Positions 9,658 through 17,910 are shown, counted from the first letter of the stretch. The stretch: 64,000 bases of DNA from Candidatus Falkowbacteria bacterium RIFOXYA2_FULL_47_19 (GCA_001780275.1 MFGB01000023.1:69375-133374), one strand, 5' to 3'. Notes: generated by a model not told the origin, from the sequence alone. Numbers and translations: made by a program.

Positions 9658-9761
9658 GAGACCTAACAGAATTGAATACAGCAAAAGCTTTTATCTATTT
9701 GTACCCGAAAGGGGCGGCTCCTGCCGACAAATAGGGCTTTTGCTTTATTCTGTTGGGTCTC
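9658..9761. repeat. ~104-nt nested imperfect hairpin (candidate packaging signal or complementary-strand origin)
   Basis: Three nested arm pairs: gagacctaacagaat (9658-9672) with attctgttgggtctc (9747-9761); gcaaaagc with gcttttgc; tatttgt with acaaata. Confidence 0.7.
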
Positions 9762-9780
9762 CAGGGCCGTCCCTTTTGTT

Positions 9781-10002
9781 ATGGAAAAAGAAAGAATCCA
9801 AAAACTTAAATTCCACGTAAAAAGCGAAGACTATTTCGGCACTTTGGCCACGATTTTGGATTTGTTCAGATTGGATGTTCTGGAAAAGAAATTTATTTTT
9901 GACAAAGACAAAGTCTTGAAGCAGATAGTAAAGGATTTGAAATATCTGCAAGATAATTTCGTAATCGTTAAGAAAAATGAGCGACACACAGACACAAAAT
10001 AA
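9781..10002 (+). CDS. Hypothetical 73-aa protein upstream of the integrase (RDF or regulator is possible but unsupported)
   Basis: The ORF overlaps the integrase start by 26 nt. No motif recognised. Confidence 0.35.
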   Translation: MEKERIQKLKFHVKSEDYFGTLATILDLFRLDVLEKKFIFDKDKVLKQIVKDLKYLQDNFVIVKKNERHTDTK

Positions 10003-11584
10003 ATATTTCGCTTATGTCCGCAAGTCTACCGAGGGCGAAGAACGGCAGGCGCTTTCGATTGAGAGCCAAAGGGATAAGGTGATCGAACAATTCCCCCATT
10101 TGGAAATCGTCGACACTTTGGAAGAAAGGCACTCCGCCTTTAAGCCGTACAACCGGCCCGCTTTTGAAGATATGATCCGGCGAATCAAGAAAGGCGAAGC
10201 CAACGGCATTATCGCCTGGCACCCGGACAGACTATCAAGAAACGAGATCGACGCGTCCACTCTCACCTATCTCGTGCGGACGGACGTTATCAAAGACTTA
10301 AAATTCGGATCGTACAATTTCGACAACAGCCCGGAAGGAATCATGATGTTGCAATTGGCACTTTCACAGTCGCAATATTTTTCTTCCAAACTCGGCAAGG
10401 ATGTAAAAAGAGGTTTGCAGAAAAAAATCCAAATGGGCTGGCGCCCCGGCCTGGCTCCGGAAGGTTATTTGAACATAATCGCGCAACAGCAAGGACTTAA
10501 AGAAATAAAGATCGATAAAAAACGCTTTTTCCTTTTGCGCCGGGCAATCGATAAATTTCTGACTGGCGCTTATACGGCTATGGAAGTACTGAATATCCTG
10601 AACAATGAATGGGGCTATAAGACGGTTAAACGGCGCAAGCTAGGCGGGAACGAATTATCAAAAAGCACCTGGTACAAGATTTTAACGAATCCTTTTTATG
10701 CCGGTGTAGTCGTTTTCAACGGAGTCGAAACCAAAGGCAAGCACAAGCCAATGATCACGATCAGCGAATACAACCGTATCCAGGAACTGCTCGGACTTCA
10801 TGGGGCCAAAAGACGGCCAAAGGAAAAGAATTTCATCTATTCCGGCATATTCAAGTGCGGAAACTGCGGATGTTCGATCACCGCCGAACACAAGACCAAA
10901 TTCATCAGAAGCAAGAAAAAAGTCAAAGATTACAGCTATTACCATTGCACCCGCAAAAAGAAAAACAACCCTTGCAAAGAAGGGTCGATCGAAGAAAAAA
11001 ACCTTGAAAGCCAGATCAAGAAGAACCTTAAAAAGCTGAAAATGCACCCCAAATTCCTGGAATGGGCTTTGGAGTACCTGGACGGCCAAAAAGGCCGGGA
11101 AAGGGTCGAGGAAAAGCAAATAAAGGATAACAAGGAAATGGAAGCCAAGGAACTGGAAAAGCAGATTTCCGCCCTGACAATGATGAGGGCGAAAGATTTA
11201 TTAAGCGACGAGGAGTATTTGAGCGAAAAGAAAAAATTACAGGACAAGGCCAAAAAATTGACGGAAAAAGAAGAAGACAAATTGACCGGCGATGAGCTGA
11301 TCGAGCTGACAAAGGAAAATTTCGTGTTTTCCGCTTACGCCTTAAAAGAGTTTGAAACCGGCGGAAAAGAGGGCAAAAGAGAGGTGCTTGCCAAGTTAGG
11401 TTCGAACCACGAAATAATCGACAGAAACCCTTGTATTTCAATCTATAAATGGCTTTTGCCGATCTACGAGTCCATGGAATCGTATAACGCCGAAATGGCA
11501 AGGTTAGAACCAAAGGAAACCCCGATAAACACAACACAAAAAGAGGCTTACGCCTCTCTTCGTCTACGATGGCACGGGTGGTAG
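9977..11584 (+). CDS. Large serine recombinase (integrase)
   Basis: N-terminal resolvase-type catalytic domain (YVRKSTEGEERQALSIESQRD, GIIAWHPDRLSRN). It also has a recombinase domain, a Cys-rich zinc ribbon (CGNCGCSITAEH...YYHCTRKKKNNPC) and a long charged coiled-coil. The last 15 nt overlap the 3' end of tRNA-Trp. Confidence 0.9.
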   Translation: MSDTQTQNKYFAYVRKSTEGEERQALSIESQRDKVIEQFPHLEIVDTLEERHSAFKPYNRPAFEDMIRRIKKGEANGIIAWHPDRLSRNEIDASTLTYLVRTDVIKDLKFGSYNFDNSPEGIMMLQLALSQSQYFSSKLGKDVKRGLQKKIQMGWRPGLAPEGYLNIIAQQQGLKEIKIDKKRFFLLRRAIDKFLTGAYTAMEVLNILNNEWGYKTVKRRKLGGNELSKSTWYKILTNPFYAGVVVFNGVETKGKHKPMITISEYNRIQELLGLHGAKRRPKEKNFIYSGIFKCGNCGCSITAEHKTKFIRSKKKVKDYSYYHCTRKKKNNPCKEGSIEEKNLESQIKKNLKKLKMHPKFLEWALEYLDGQKGRERVEEKQIKDNKEMEAKELEKQISALTMMRAKDLLSDEEYLSEKKKLQDKAKKLTEKEEDKLTGDELIELTKENFVFSAYALKEFETGGKEGKREVLAKLGSNHEIIDRNPCISIYKWLLPIYESMESYNAEMARLEPKETPINTTQKEAYASLRLRWHGW

Positions 11585-11643
11585 GAATCGAACCCACGCA
11601 AAGGGTTTTGGAAACCCTTGTACTACCATTATACTACACCCGC
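11570..11643 (-). tRNA. tRNA-Trp (anticodon CCA), CCA end encoded
   Basis: Hand-folded, 74 nt: acceptor GCGGGTG/CACCCGT; D-arm GTAT/GTAC; anticodon arm AGGGT-TTCCAAA-ACCCT; T-arm GTGGG-TTCGATT-CCTAC; discriminator G, then CCA. Confidence 0.9.
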
Positions 11644-11735
11644 CTACGTCCCGAAGCCTCGGGACTTCGGCGCCTGTCCGCCTTTGGAGGAGGCAATGCC
11701 CGCAAAAACCCCGTGGCAAACGGCAATATTTAAAT

Positions 11736-12608
11736 TTAAATTTTTTTTAACCTCTTCGCTTTCTCTCCCGGTTCCAGATAATTCTCCCTGTTCACCACCC
11801 TCTTCCCTGTCTGTTTTTCAAGTTGTTTTCTCGCCTCGCCGGAAATCCGGCCGCCCTTATGCGCCGCTTTTTCGTTCGGGTCATATCCGACAGCCTTATC
11901 TGTTTCCGCGATCTGGCGGGTGGACATCTCGGCTAAAGCCGTGAAGATCAATTCCGCCTCGCTCATGTGATCGCGCAGATTCTCCTGTTTTAAATTTTTT
12001 AACCGCTTGTGCGACCCGACCGATAATCCGCTCCATTCCCGATGGATAATATTCGTTAAAGCCGCGTACTCGTCCGGTTTCTCGACGCCGTGGTCAGACC
12101 AATAGTCGGTCAGCTTATTCCGCGTTTCAACCCCAAGCATCCTTTGTTCTATCCACTTCTTGCTCCGCCCGAGTATTTGCCAATTCTGGCGGCCCCTATT
12201 GACCGCCAACTCAGGATCAACCGTCTCCCGCATCCGCTCATATCCTACTTTGGCCAGCCATAATTTTATCGGCTCCGCCTTGGGTGAAGGCACGGATTGG
12301 ACTAAACGCAAAATTCCTTCAACATCCGCGACGTCCGTGCTGTATTTTTTACCATCTTTAGCTTTTAATTTCAGTTGGTGACAATTTGTCACCGACTGGT
12401 TTCCCTCTCGCCTAAGCCTTTCCTTGAGTTTATTCCAATATTTTCTCGCCTTTTGAAAATCGGGTTGTTCCGTCAAAATAACAATAATATCCACCACGCT
12501 AAAATACCATTTTTCTTCCTTTTTGTTCCAGTCGCGGCGCACGGGATGATCTTCAAATATCACTATCAATCTGTTGTTTTTTTCCTCCTTCATAAAATCA
12601 GTTATCAA
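11736..12608 (-). CDS. Bro-N domain / DinD-like DNA-binding protein
   Basis: The N-terminus (FEDHPVRRDWNKKEEKWYFSVVDIIVILTE) fits the Bro-N pattern. The C-terminal half loosely resembles DNA-damage-inducible protein D. Confidence 0.5.
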   Translation of the reverse strand: MITDFMKEEKNNRLIVIFEDHPVRRDWNKKEEKWYFSVVDIIVILTEQPDFQKARKYWNKLKERLRREGNQSVTNCHQLKLKAKDGKKYSTDVADVEGILRLVQSVPSPKAEPIKLWLAKVGYERMRETVDPELAVNRGRQNWQILGRSKKWIEQRMLGVETRNKLTDYWSDHGVEKPDEYAALTNIIHREWSGLSVGSHKRLKNLKQENLRDHMSEAELIFTALAEMSTRQIAETDKAVGYDPNEKAAHKGGRISGEARKQLEKQTGKRVVNRENYLEPGEKAKRLKKI

Positions 12609-13107
12609 TTATCTTGAAAACCTCCGGCCTTTTCTTCAATATATAATCGAACCGATCGATCGCTTCTCCGGTCATTTCGTTGAATAGGGGCGTGCCGCCG
12701 GCGTAATAAGTTCCGATCGGATCGCCGTAACGGTTGAGATCATTGGCGATAAGCCAGGCGTCGATCGCGTCCTTGGCCTCCCGCGTCAGGTCTTTCGCGT
12801 CTATGACCGCCGCTTCCAGTTTTTCCCTGTCAAAAGTGGAAGTGGCTGCGGATTCAGTTGAAGTACTGCTCTCCGGAAAAAACCTGTTCTTTAGATCGAT
12901 TACCGACTGCCCGATCTTTACGAGATCGATATCCGGAAGCTTTATCCCGGTCGACGTTCCCGTTTCGGTTTCGATCCCGAATTCAGCGAACAGCTCCCCC
13001 GCTTTATCATCCGCCTTCTTAAGTCCGTCCGTAACCGCGCAGCCGGAAAGCAAAAAAAGCAGCACCGCCGCCAGCACCAATCTATACTGTTTCACCGCCT
13101 TACCCAT
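12598..13107 (-). CDS. Lipoprotein, unknown function
   Basis: An internal start gives MGKAVKQYRLVLAAVLLFLLSGC, a signal peptide plus lipobox (LSGC). Confidence 0.6.
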   Translation of the reverse strand: MGKAVKQYRLVLAAVLLFLLSGCAVTDGLKKADDKAGELFAEFGIETETGTSTGIKLPDIDLVKIGQSVIDLKNRFFPESSTSTESAATSTFDREKLEAAVIDAKDLTREAKDAIDAWLIANDLNRYGDPIGTYYAGGTPLFNEMTGEAIDRFDYILKKRPEVFKIIDN

Positions 13108-13176
13108 AAAAACAATATAGTTAAAAAAACAAAACACCAAACGCAAAATTTCCCCGAAACAGGATATTCCCACCCG

Positions 13177-13218
13177 TCGACTTCAATCGACAATCGAAAA
13201 TCGTCAATCGAAAATCAC
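13177..13218. repeat. AATCGAAA-type word repeat
   Basis: The sequence is tcgacttcaatcgacaatcgaaaatcgtcaatcgaaaatcac. It overlaps the rpmG stop codon. Confidence 0.7.
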
Positions 13219-13370
13219 TTCGTTTCTTTGTGCTTGACGTGCTTCTTGCAGTACTTGCAGTACTTGTTCATCTCCAGGCGGCCCTTCAGGGTCTTTTTGT
13301 TCTTGCGCGAAAAATAATTGACGCGCTTGCACTCCGTACACTCTAATTTTATCATGTTATCCTGCGACAT
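13215..13370 (-). CDS. rpmG: 50S ribosomal protein L33
   Basis: Below the ORF-track cutoff. Hand-translated: [51 protein letters not shown]. It shows the CxxC...CxxC zinc-ribbon L33 signature and ends with TGA. Confidence 0.9.
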   Translation of the reverse strand: MSQDNMIKLECTECKRVNYFSRKNKKTLKGRLEMNKYCKYCKKHVKHKETK

Positions 13371-13476
13371 ACAATTCGATAACAGAAAACAGACTTACGG
13401 TGTCTGCCTTATGTTAATTTAATATTTACTTAATTATAGTAATATAAAGAGGAAAAAAAGTCAATAACCGCGAATA

Positions 13477-13499
13477 TAAAAAAACATCCCCCCGGGATG
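13477..13499 (-). terminator. Rho-independent terminator after the glutaredoxin-like gene
   Basis: The minus strand reads CATCCC-GGG-GGGATG followed by a T-run. Confidence 0.6.
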
Positions 13500-13530
13500 C
13501 TTCCGCCATGCATATATTATTCACTTTCCC

Positions 13531-13812
13531 TTAACCTTTAAAAATAGCCTCTAATAAGATCTCGCGGTCATAACCTACATGAAAATCCTTTTTGCCGTTT
13601 TTTACGATGACAATTACCGGGATGCCTGATTGGCCGGATACGCTGATCATTTCCTTGGCCCGTCCGTAATCCGAGAGCACGTTATATTCGGTAAAAACAA
13701 TATTATGTTCAATTAAAAAATCCTTTGCCATTCGGGAATACCTGCACGCAGGGCTCGAATACAGAATTACCTCGATTATATTCTTCTTTCCGTTAATACT
13801 GACCTCGTTCAT
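13531..13812 (-). CDS. Glutaredoxin-like (NrdH/Grx family) protein
   Basis: ILYSSPACRYSRMAKDFLIEHNIVFTEYNV carries a CxxS motif and the thioredoxin-fold layout, including GIPVIVI. Confidence 0.7.
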   Translation of the reverse strand: MNEVSINGKKNIIEVILYSSPACRYSRMAKDFLIEHNIVFTEYNVLSDYGRAKEMISVSGQSGIPVIVIVKNGKKDFHVGYDREILLEAIFKG

Positions 13813-14035
13813 AAGCGATACGGCAGATTAATTTTATATTTTCATAATTAATCCGTTTTTCCCAAAATTAAACAGAGAATCCCTAAAGGCGGCGGATTCC
13901 CCGCGGCTTTTAAAAACTCTCCGGGTATTTAAATCAAACAAATCAAATATGGTCTTACAATATAATAGTAATATTAAAATAGTGTTAAAACCTGATAATC
14001 TAAAGATTAAATTTTTGAATAAATCATCCAGTAAA

Positions 14036-14064
14036 CAAAAAAACGGGAATTTCTCCCGTTTTTT
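14036..14064 (-). terminator. Rho-independent terminator after desulfoferrodoxin
   Basis: The minus strand reads ACGGGAGAAATTCCCGT followed by T7. Confidence 0.65.
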
Positions 14065-14090
14065 GCCGTTATTAGGTAAAAAATGATTGT

Positions 14091-14465
14091 TCAGACCTTC
14101 CATAATCCGTGCAAATTGCAATATTCCCTGGCCTCCGCGCTCTCCGCCTTGATCAAAAATTCCGCCACTGCCGGTTCCCCGGGTTTAAGCGTCTGCCGGT
14201 AAGACCGGCCGTCGGCTATTAATTCTATCCATTCTATGTAATGGGACGCTTCCATCGGATGCGGCACCGACCCGATCTTTACCCGGAAACCGCCCTCGAT
14301 TCTCTCGATTACCGGCACGTGCTTTTCTTCGGCCGCGTCTTCGGTATTCTCCTGCCGGAGTTTCATCGGCTGTCCGCAGCAAACAAGTTCGCCGGCTCCC
14401 GTATGGAGCACCTCAACGATATTGCCGCAAATCTCGCATTTATAGATTTGTTTTAATTGAGTCAT
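14091..14465 (-). CDS. dfx: Desulfoferrodoxin (superoxide reductase)
   Basis: N-terminal desulforedoxin motif ([14 protein letters not shown]...LVCCGQPM) plus a neelaredoxin-type C-terminal domain. Confidence 0.9.
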   Translation of the reverse strand: MTQLKQIYKCEICGNIVEVLHTGAGELVCCGQPMKLRQENTEDAAEEKHVPVIERIEGGFRVKIGSVPHPMEASHYIEWIELIADGRSYRQTLKPGEPAVAEFLIKAESAEAREYCNLHGLWKV

Positions 14466-14468
14466 ATT

Positions 14469-14568
14469 TTAGGCGTTAGGCTCTAGGATGTTAGGCGTTA
14501 GGATGTTAGGCCTTAGGGTGTTAGGCGTTAGGATATTAGGCGTTAGGGTGTTAGGCGTTAGGATGTTA
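14469..14568. repeat. Tandem array of ~15-bp units built from TTAGG(C/A) words
   Basis: The units are gttaggcgttaggat / gttaggccttagggt / gttaggcgttaggat / attaggcgttagggt / gttaggcgttaggat. There are no unique spacers. Confidence 0.85.
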
Positions 14569-14596
14569 TAAATTCTAAAAGCCTAGAGCCAAGAGC

Positions 14597-14950
14597 TTAT
14601 ATGTTATTATAGATTAACTTATTTAATATTCTCATAACTTCATTCAATAAACCATCAACCGAACCGTAATCATTGATAGTGCGGTAATGCAATCTTTTCG
14701 CGATTTCTATTTGCGTTTCCAATTCGGATCCGGACGCATATGCGATCAATAAAAAACGTCTAAACTCCCCTTTTGCGCCCCTCATTTTACCTTCAGCGAT
14801 GTTTGATGGCAGAGACACAGCCGCTCTTCTTATTTGCGAACTTAATCCGTATTTCTCGCATTCGGGAAATTTTCCGGTCAACGCATACACGGCCACAACT
14901 AAATCCATCGATTTTTGCCATACAACCAAATCTTTGTATGTAGTACTCAT
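14597..14950 (-). CDS. Four-helix-bundle protein ('23S rRNA intervening sequence protein' family)
   Basis: Family-typical motifs are present: YKDLVVWQKSMDLVVAVYALTGKFP..EKYGLSSQIRRAAVSLPSNIAEG and ASGSELETQ. Confidence 0.85.
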   Translation of the reverse strand: MSTTYKDLVVWQKSMDLVVAVYALTGKFPECEKYGLSSQIRRAAVSLPSNIAEGKMRGAKGEFRRFLLIAYASGSELETQIEIAKRLHYRTINDYGSVDGLLNEVMRILNKLIYNNI

Positions 14951-14977
14951 AGATATCTAAAGCCTAAGGCCTAGAGC

Positions 14978-15559
14978 CTAATAAACTTCCGCCTTCACCT
15001 GATAATATCCCTGAGGGTGGCCGCAGGCCGGACAGGCCGCGGGCGCGGATTTGCCACGGTGCTCGTAACCACACTGACGGCAGACCCAGACCGTTTCCTC
15101 ATCCTTCTGAAAAAGCGTTCCGCTTTCGAATTCGGCTAAAAGCTTTTTATAACGCTCTTCGTGGTGGGCCTCCGCCCGGGCGATCGAGCGCAGGCGGCCG
15201 GCGATCTCCGGCAGATTCTCCTTATTCGCTTCGTCAGCGAAATCCGGGTACATTTTCGTGTATTCGTGGTTTTCTCCCGCAATCGCCGCTCTGAGATTTT
15301 CCGCTGTCGTTCCGATCACGGTCGGCACTTCGGCCTCAACCTTGATATCGGCTTTTTTCCCATTTTGCTCTTCGAGTCCGTTGATCAGGCGCATGAGCCA
15401 TTTGGCGTGCTCCCGCTCCTGCTCGGCGGTTTCCAATAAAACAGCCGAAATCTGCTCATAACCTTCCTTTTTGGCGATCTTAGCATAGATCGTGTAACGA
15501 TTCCTGGCCATCGATTCGCCGATAAAAGCCTTCGCCAGATTGTTGATGGTATTTTGCAT
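14978..15559 (-). CDS. rbr: Rubrerythrin
   Basis: A ferritin-like di-iron domain (ARNRYTIYA...EQEREHAKW...AEAHHEERY) plus a C-terminal rubredoxin motif (CRQCG...CPACG). Confidence 0.9.
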   Translation of the reverse strand: MQNTINNLAKAFIGESMARNRYTIYAKIAKKEGYEQISAVLLETAEQEREHAKWLMRLINGLEEQNGKKADIKVEAEVPTVIGTTAENLRAAIAGENHEYTKMYPDFADEANKENLPEIAGRLRSIARAEAHHEERYKKLLAEFESGTLFQKDEETVWVCRQCGYEHRGKSAPAACPACGHPQGYYQVKAEVY

Positions 15560-15711
15560 ATTTTTTGATACGCTTAATATTAATATAAAAACAAAAATTA
15601 AAATTAATTTAAAATCGGACCAATCCCGGACATCTTCAAATCACCCTCCTTAAAACTTGAAGATGACCCCTGTTTATATCTGTCATTATAACAGACTGAA
15701 TAAATTTTATC

Positions 15712-15752
15712 AAAAAATAAAAAATCCCCGTTTATAAAACGAGGGGATTGTT
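15712..15752 (-). terminator. Terminator after ilvE (symmetric, flanked by A- and T-runs)
   Basis: The stem is aatcccc...ggggatt, flanked by an A-run and a T-run. Confidence 0.6.
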
Positions 15753-15754
15753 TT

Positions 15755-16831
15755 TTATATCTTTACTTCTTCTACCCATCCGAACAGGTCCGGATATTTG
15801 CCGTATTGCATGCTGACCAGGATGTCGTAGAGCTGTTCCGTTACCGGTCCGGCTTTTTTATTGTCCAGGACGTACTTCTTCCTTTGATAATAGAGTTCGC
15901 CCACCGGCGCGATCACCGCGGCCGTGCCGCTGCCGAAAATTTCCGTTATCTCCCCGCCTTTTATCTGGCCGATGATATCGTTGATGTCGAAATAGGCCTC
16001 AATTACGGCCAGGCCCAGGCTGTCCGCCAGCTTTAATACCGAATCCCGGGTGATTCCCGGCAGAATATTGCCGTTCAGGCGCGGGGTAAACAGGGCTTTT
16101 TCCCGGCACGCGAAAAAAATATTCATGGCCCCCACTTCTTCGACAAAACGGTGTTCTTTGGCGTCAAGCCACAAAACCTGGTCATAACCGGCATTCTTGG
16201 CCTTTTGGAGGGCGGGCAGGCTGCCGGCGTAATTGGCGGACGCCTTGATGTCGCCCAGGCCGCCCGCGGGCACCCTGGACATTTTTTCCTCCACGTATAT
16301 CCGGGAAGGTTTGAAACCGGAAGCGAAATACGCCCCCACCGGACTTAGGATAATCCCGAAAAGATATTCTTTGGCGACCCTGACCCCCAGCCCCGGTTCT
16401 GTCGCTATCATGAAAGGACGGATATAAAGGGAAGAGCCCGGAGATCGCGGGATCCAGCGGATATCAGTTTTAATAAGCTCGAGCATCGCCTGCTGAAAAA
16501 CGGCCGGATGTACCGTTGGCATCTCCAGACGCCGGGCGCTCGCGTTAAAACGGCCGATATTGTCCTTGTGCCGAAACAAGGCGAATTTATCCGGTCCCCG
16601 GTAATAGGCCTTAAGCCCCTCGAATATTCCCTGGGCGTAATGGAGCATCATGCCGGCCGGACTGATCGCCAGGTCGCGGCAAGGGGTAATCGCGGCCCCG
16701 TGCCATTTATCCGGCTCGTTCCATTTCATGGTGAACATATGGTCCGTAAAATACCGCCCGAAACCCAAGCTGTTTTCATCCGGCAACGGACGCAGATCTT
16801 TCTCTGGAATTCTTTCGATCGTGATATCCAT
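15755..16831 (-). CDS. ilvE: Branched-chain amino acid aminotransferase
   Basis: Class IV aminotransferase similarity is evident by eye (FEGLKAYY..., LYIRPF..., GDIKASANYA). The start is moved to MDITIER, which is preceded by GGAGG. Confidence 0.85.
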   Translation of the reverse strand: MDITIERIPEKDLRPLPDENSLGFGRYFTDHMFTMKWNEPDKWHGAAITPCRDLAISPAGMMLHYAQGIFEGLKAYYRGPDKFALFRHKDNIGRFNASARRLEMPTVHPAVFQQAMLELIKTDIRWIPRSPGSSLYIRPFMIATEPGLGVRVAKEYLFGIILSPVGAYFASGFKPSRIYVEEKMSRVPAGGLGDIKASANYAGSLPALQKAKNAGYDQVLWLDAKEHRFVEEVGAMNIFFACREKALFTPRLNGNILPGITRDSVLKLADSLGLAVIEAYFDINDIIGQIKGGEITEIFGSGTAAVIAPVGELYYQRKKYVLDNKKAGPVTEQLYDILVSMQYGKYPDLFGWVEEVKI

Positions 16832-16988
16832 TTTATCCTCCAAATTTAAAATGTGCAAAATTTAATTTTATTAACCTAAAACGATAATTATAAATTTGTA
16901 AAAGATATCTCTCGCTCTTTATTTTTAAGAAAGCGGGATCCCGCCGTGGCGGTGATAAATTCGTGGGTTTTTATTAATTATGGCGCAT

Positions 16989-17849
16989 TTAAATCTGGCA
17001 AACCGGGCAATAACTCGTTCCCCGCCCCGCCACTTTCTTTTTCCGGATCGCCCCGCCGCAACGCCGGCATTTTTCCCCGGCCCGGCCGTAAACTTTAAGG
17101 CGACGCACGAAATCGCCCTTATGCCCGTCCGCGTCCACGTAACTATTGAACGTGGTGCCGCGGTATTTTATCCCGGCCCGCAGCACCGCTTTGGCCGCTT
17201 TAACGATTTTCGCCGTTTCCTTATCGGTCAAAGTATCGGCCGCGCGGGCAGGGTCAACGCCGGCGATAAACAAGGTTTCATCGGCATAAATATTGCCCAA
17301 TCCGGCAACCAGGGCCTGGTTCAAGAGCAGAGCCTTGATATTCATCTTTCTTTTATTTAATAAATTTTTCAAAAAAACGCCGTCAAACCTCCTGTCCAGC
17401 GGCTCCGGACCGAATTTTTCTTTGATAGCCGCCAATTCTTCCGCGTTAACTATTTTCATATAGCCGAAAGTCCGCATATCGTTAAAAAACAATCTGCCGC
17501 CGTCCGAAAACTCCAAAAAGACCCGCGTGTGCTTATCGGGCAGCTCCCGGATCGCCTTCCGGTCGCTATGCCCCCCGGCTATCACGAGGCCGCTATTCCG
17601 GTAGATAAGCTGTCCGGTCATTTTTAAATGCACCAGCAAAAACCCGCCGCCCCGCGCCAATTTTAATATCAAAAGCTTTCCCACCCTCCCGATATCCGTA
17701 AATTTATTTTTCAGTAAAATTTTCTTAAAATCCGACCGCTTATTCTTGACCGTTCTGGCCAATAAAATACCGATATCCGCTATTCCGATATAGAGTATCC
17801 GTTTTTTCAGATCATTTCTAATTGTCTCCACTTCGGGTAATTCCGGCAT
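16989..17849 (-). CDS. mutM: Formamidopyrimidine-DNA glycosylase
   Basis: The true start is MPELPEVETIRNDL (catalytic Pro2). The C-terminal zinc finger is CRRCGG...CPVCQ. Confidence 0.9.
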   Translation of the reverse strand: MPELPEVETIRNDLKKRILYIGIADIGILLARTVKNKRSDFKKILLKNKFTDIGRVGKLLILKLARGGGFLLVHLKMTGQLIYRNSGLVIAGGHSDRKAIRELPDKHTRVFLEFSDGGRLFFNDMRTFGYMKIVNAEELAAIKEKFGPEPLDRRFDGVFLKNLLNKRKMNIKALLLNQALVAGLGNIYADETLFIAGVDPARAADTLTDKETAKIVKAAKAVLRAGIKYRGTTFNSYVDADGHKGDFVRRLKVYGRAGEKCRRCGGAIRKKKVAGRGTSYCPVCQI

Positions 17850-17910
17850 AATTTTTGCGATTCTAATTAAACGCCTAAAGCCTAAAAACAGCATATCACT
17901 TTTCCCAAAA

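Larger units (their letters stand above)
3383..11584. mobile_element. Integrated inovirus-like (filamentous phage) element, ~8.2 kb. The right end is at tRNA-Trp. The left end is placed at the composition break near 3380 but is not proven.
   Basis: The gene set comprises an ssDNA-binding-size protein, tiny TM ORFs, a major coat protein, a g3p-like protein, a Zot/pI ATPase, an HUH Rep and a serine integrase adjacent to a tRNA. Composition differs from the AT-rich island on the left. Confidence 0.7.

Noticed and set aside
11028-11944. ORFs 11028-11597 (minus, 189 aa) and 11618-11944 (plus, 108 aa) around tRNA-Trp
   Set aside because: The first is antisense to the serine integrase. The second starts inside the tRNA gene and runs antisense into the Bro-N gene. 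Both have Pro/Arg/Ser-rich junk composition.
13834-14121. 95-aa minus-strand ORF between the desulfoferrodoxin and glutaredoxin-like genes
   Set aside because: It overlaps the 3' end of dfx and its terminator, lies in an AT-rich spacer, and has a low-complexity sequence. It is probably non-coding promoter/terminator DNA.
14469-14568. Possible CRISPR array (regular ~15-bp repeats)
   Set aside because: The units are contiguous with no unique spacers, are far shorter than CRISPR repeats, and no cas genes are nearby. This is a degenerate tandem repeat.
15631-15665. 9-bp perfect hairpin (catcttcaa...ttgaagatg) upstream of rubrerythrin, with an SD-like AAGGAGGGTGA in the loop: possible PerR/Fur operator or translational control
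   Set aside because: It is ~70 nt upstream of the start codon, has no resemblance to Per/Fur boxes, and occurs only once. The evidence is insufficient to call a regulatory site.
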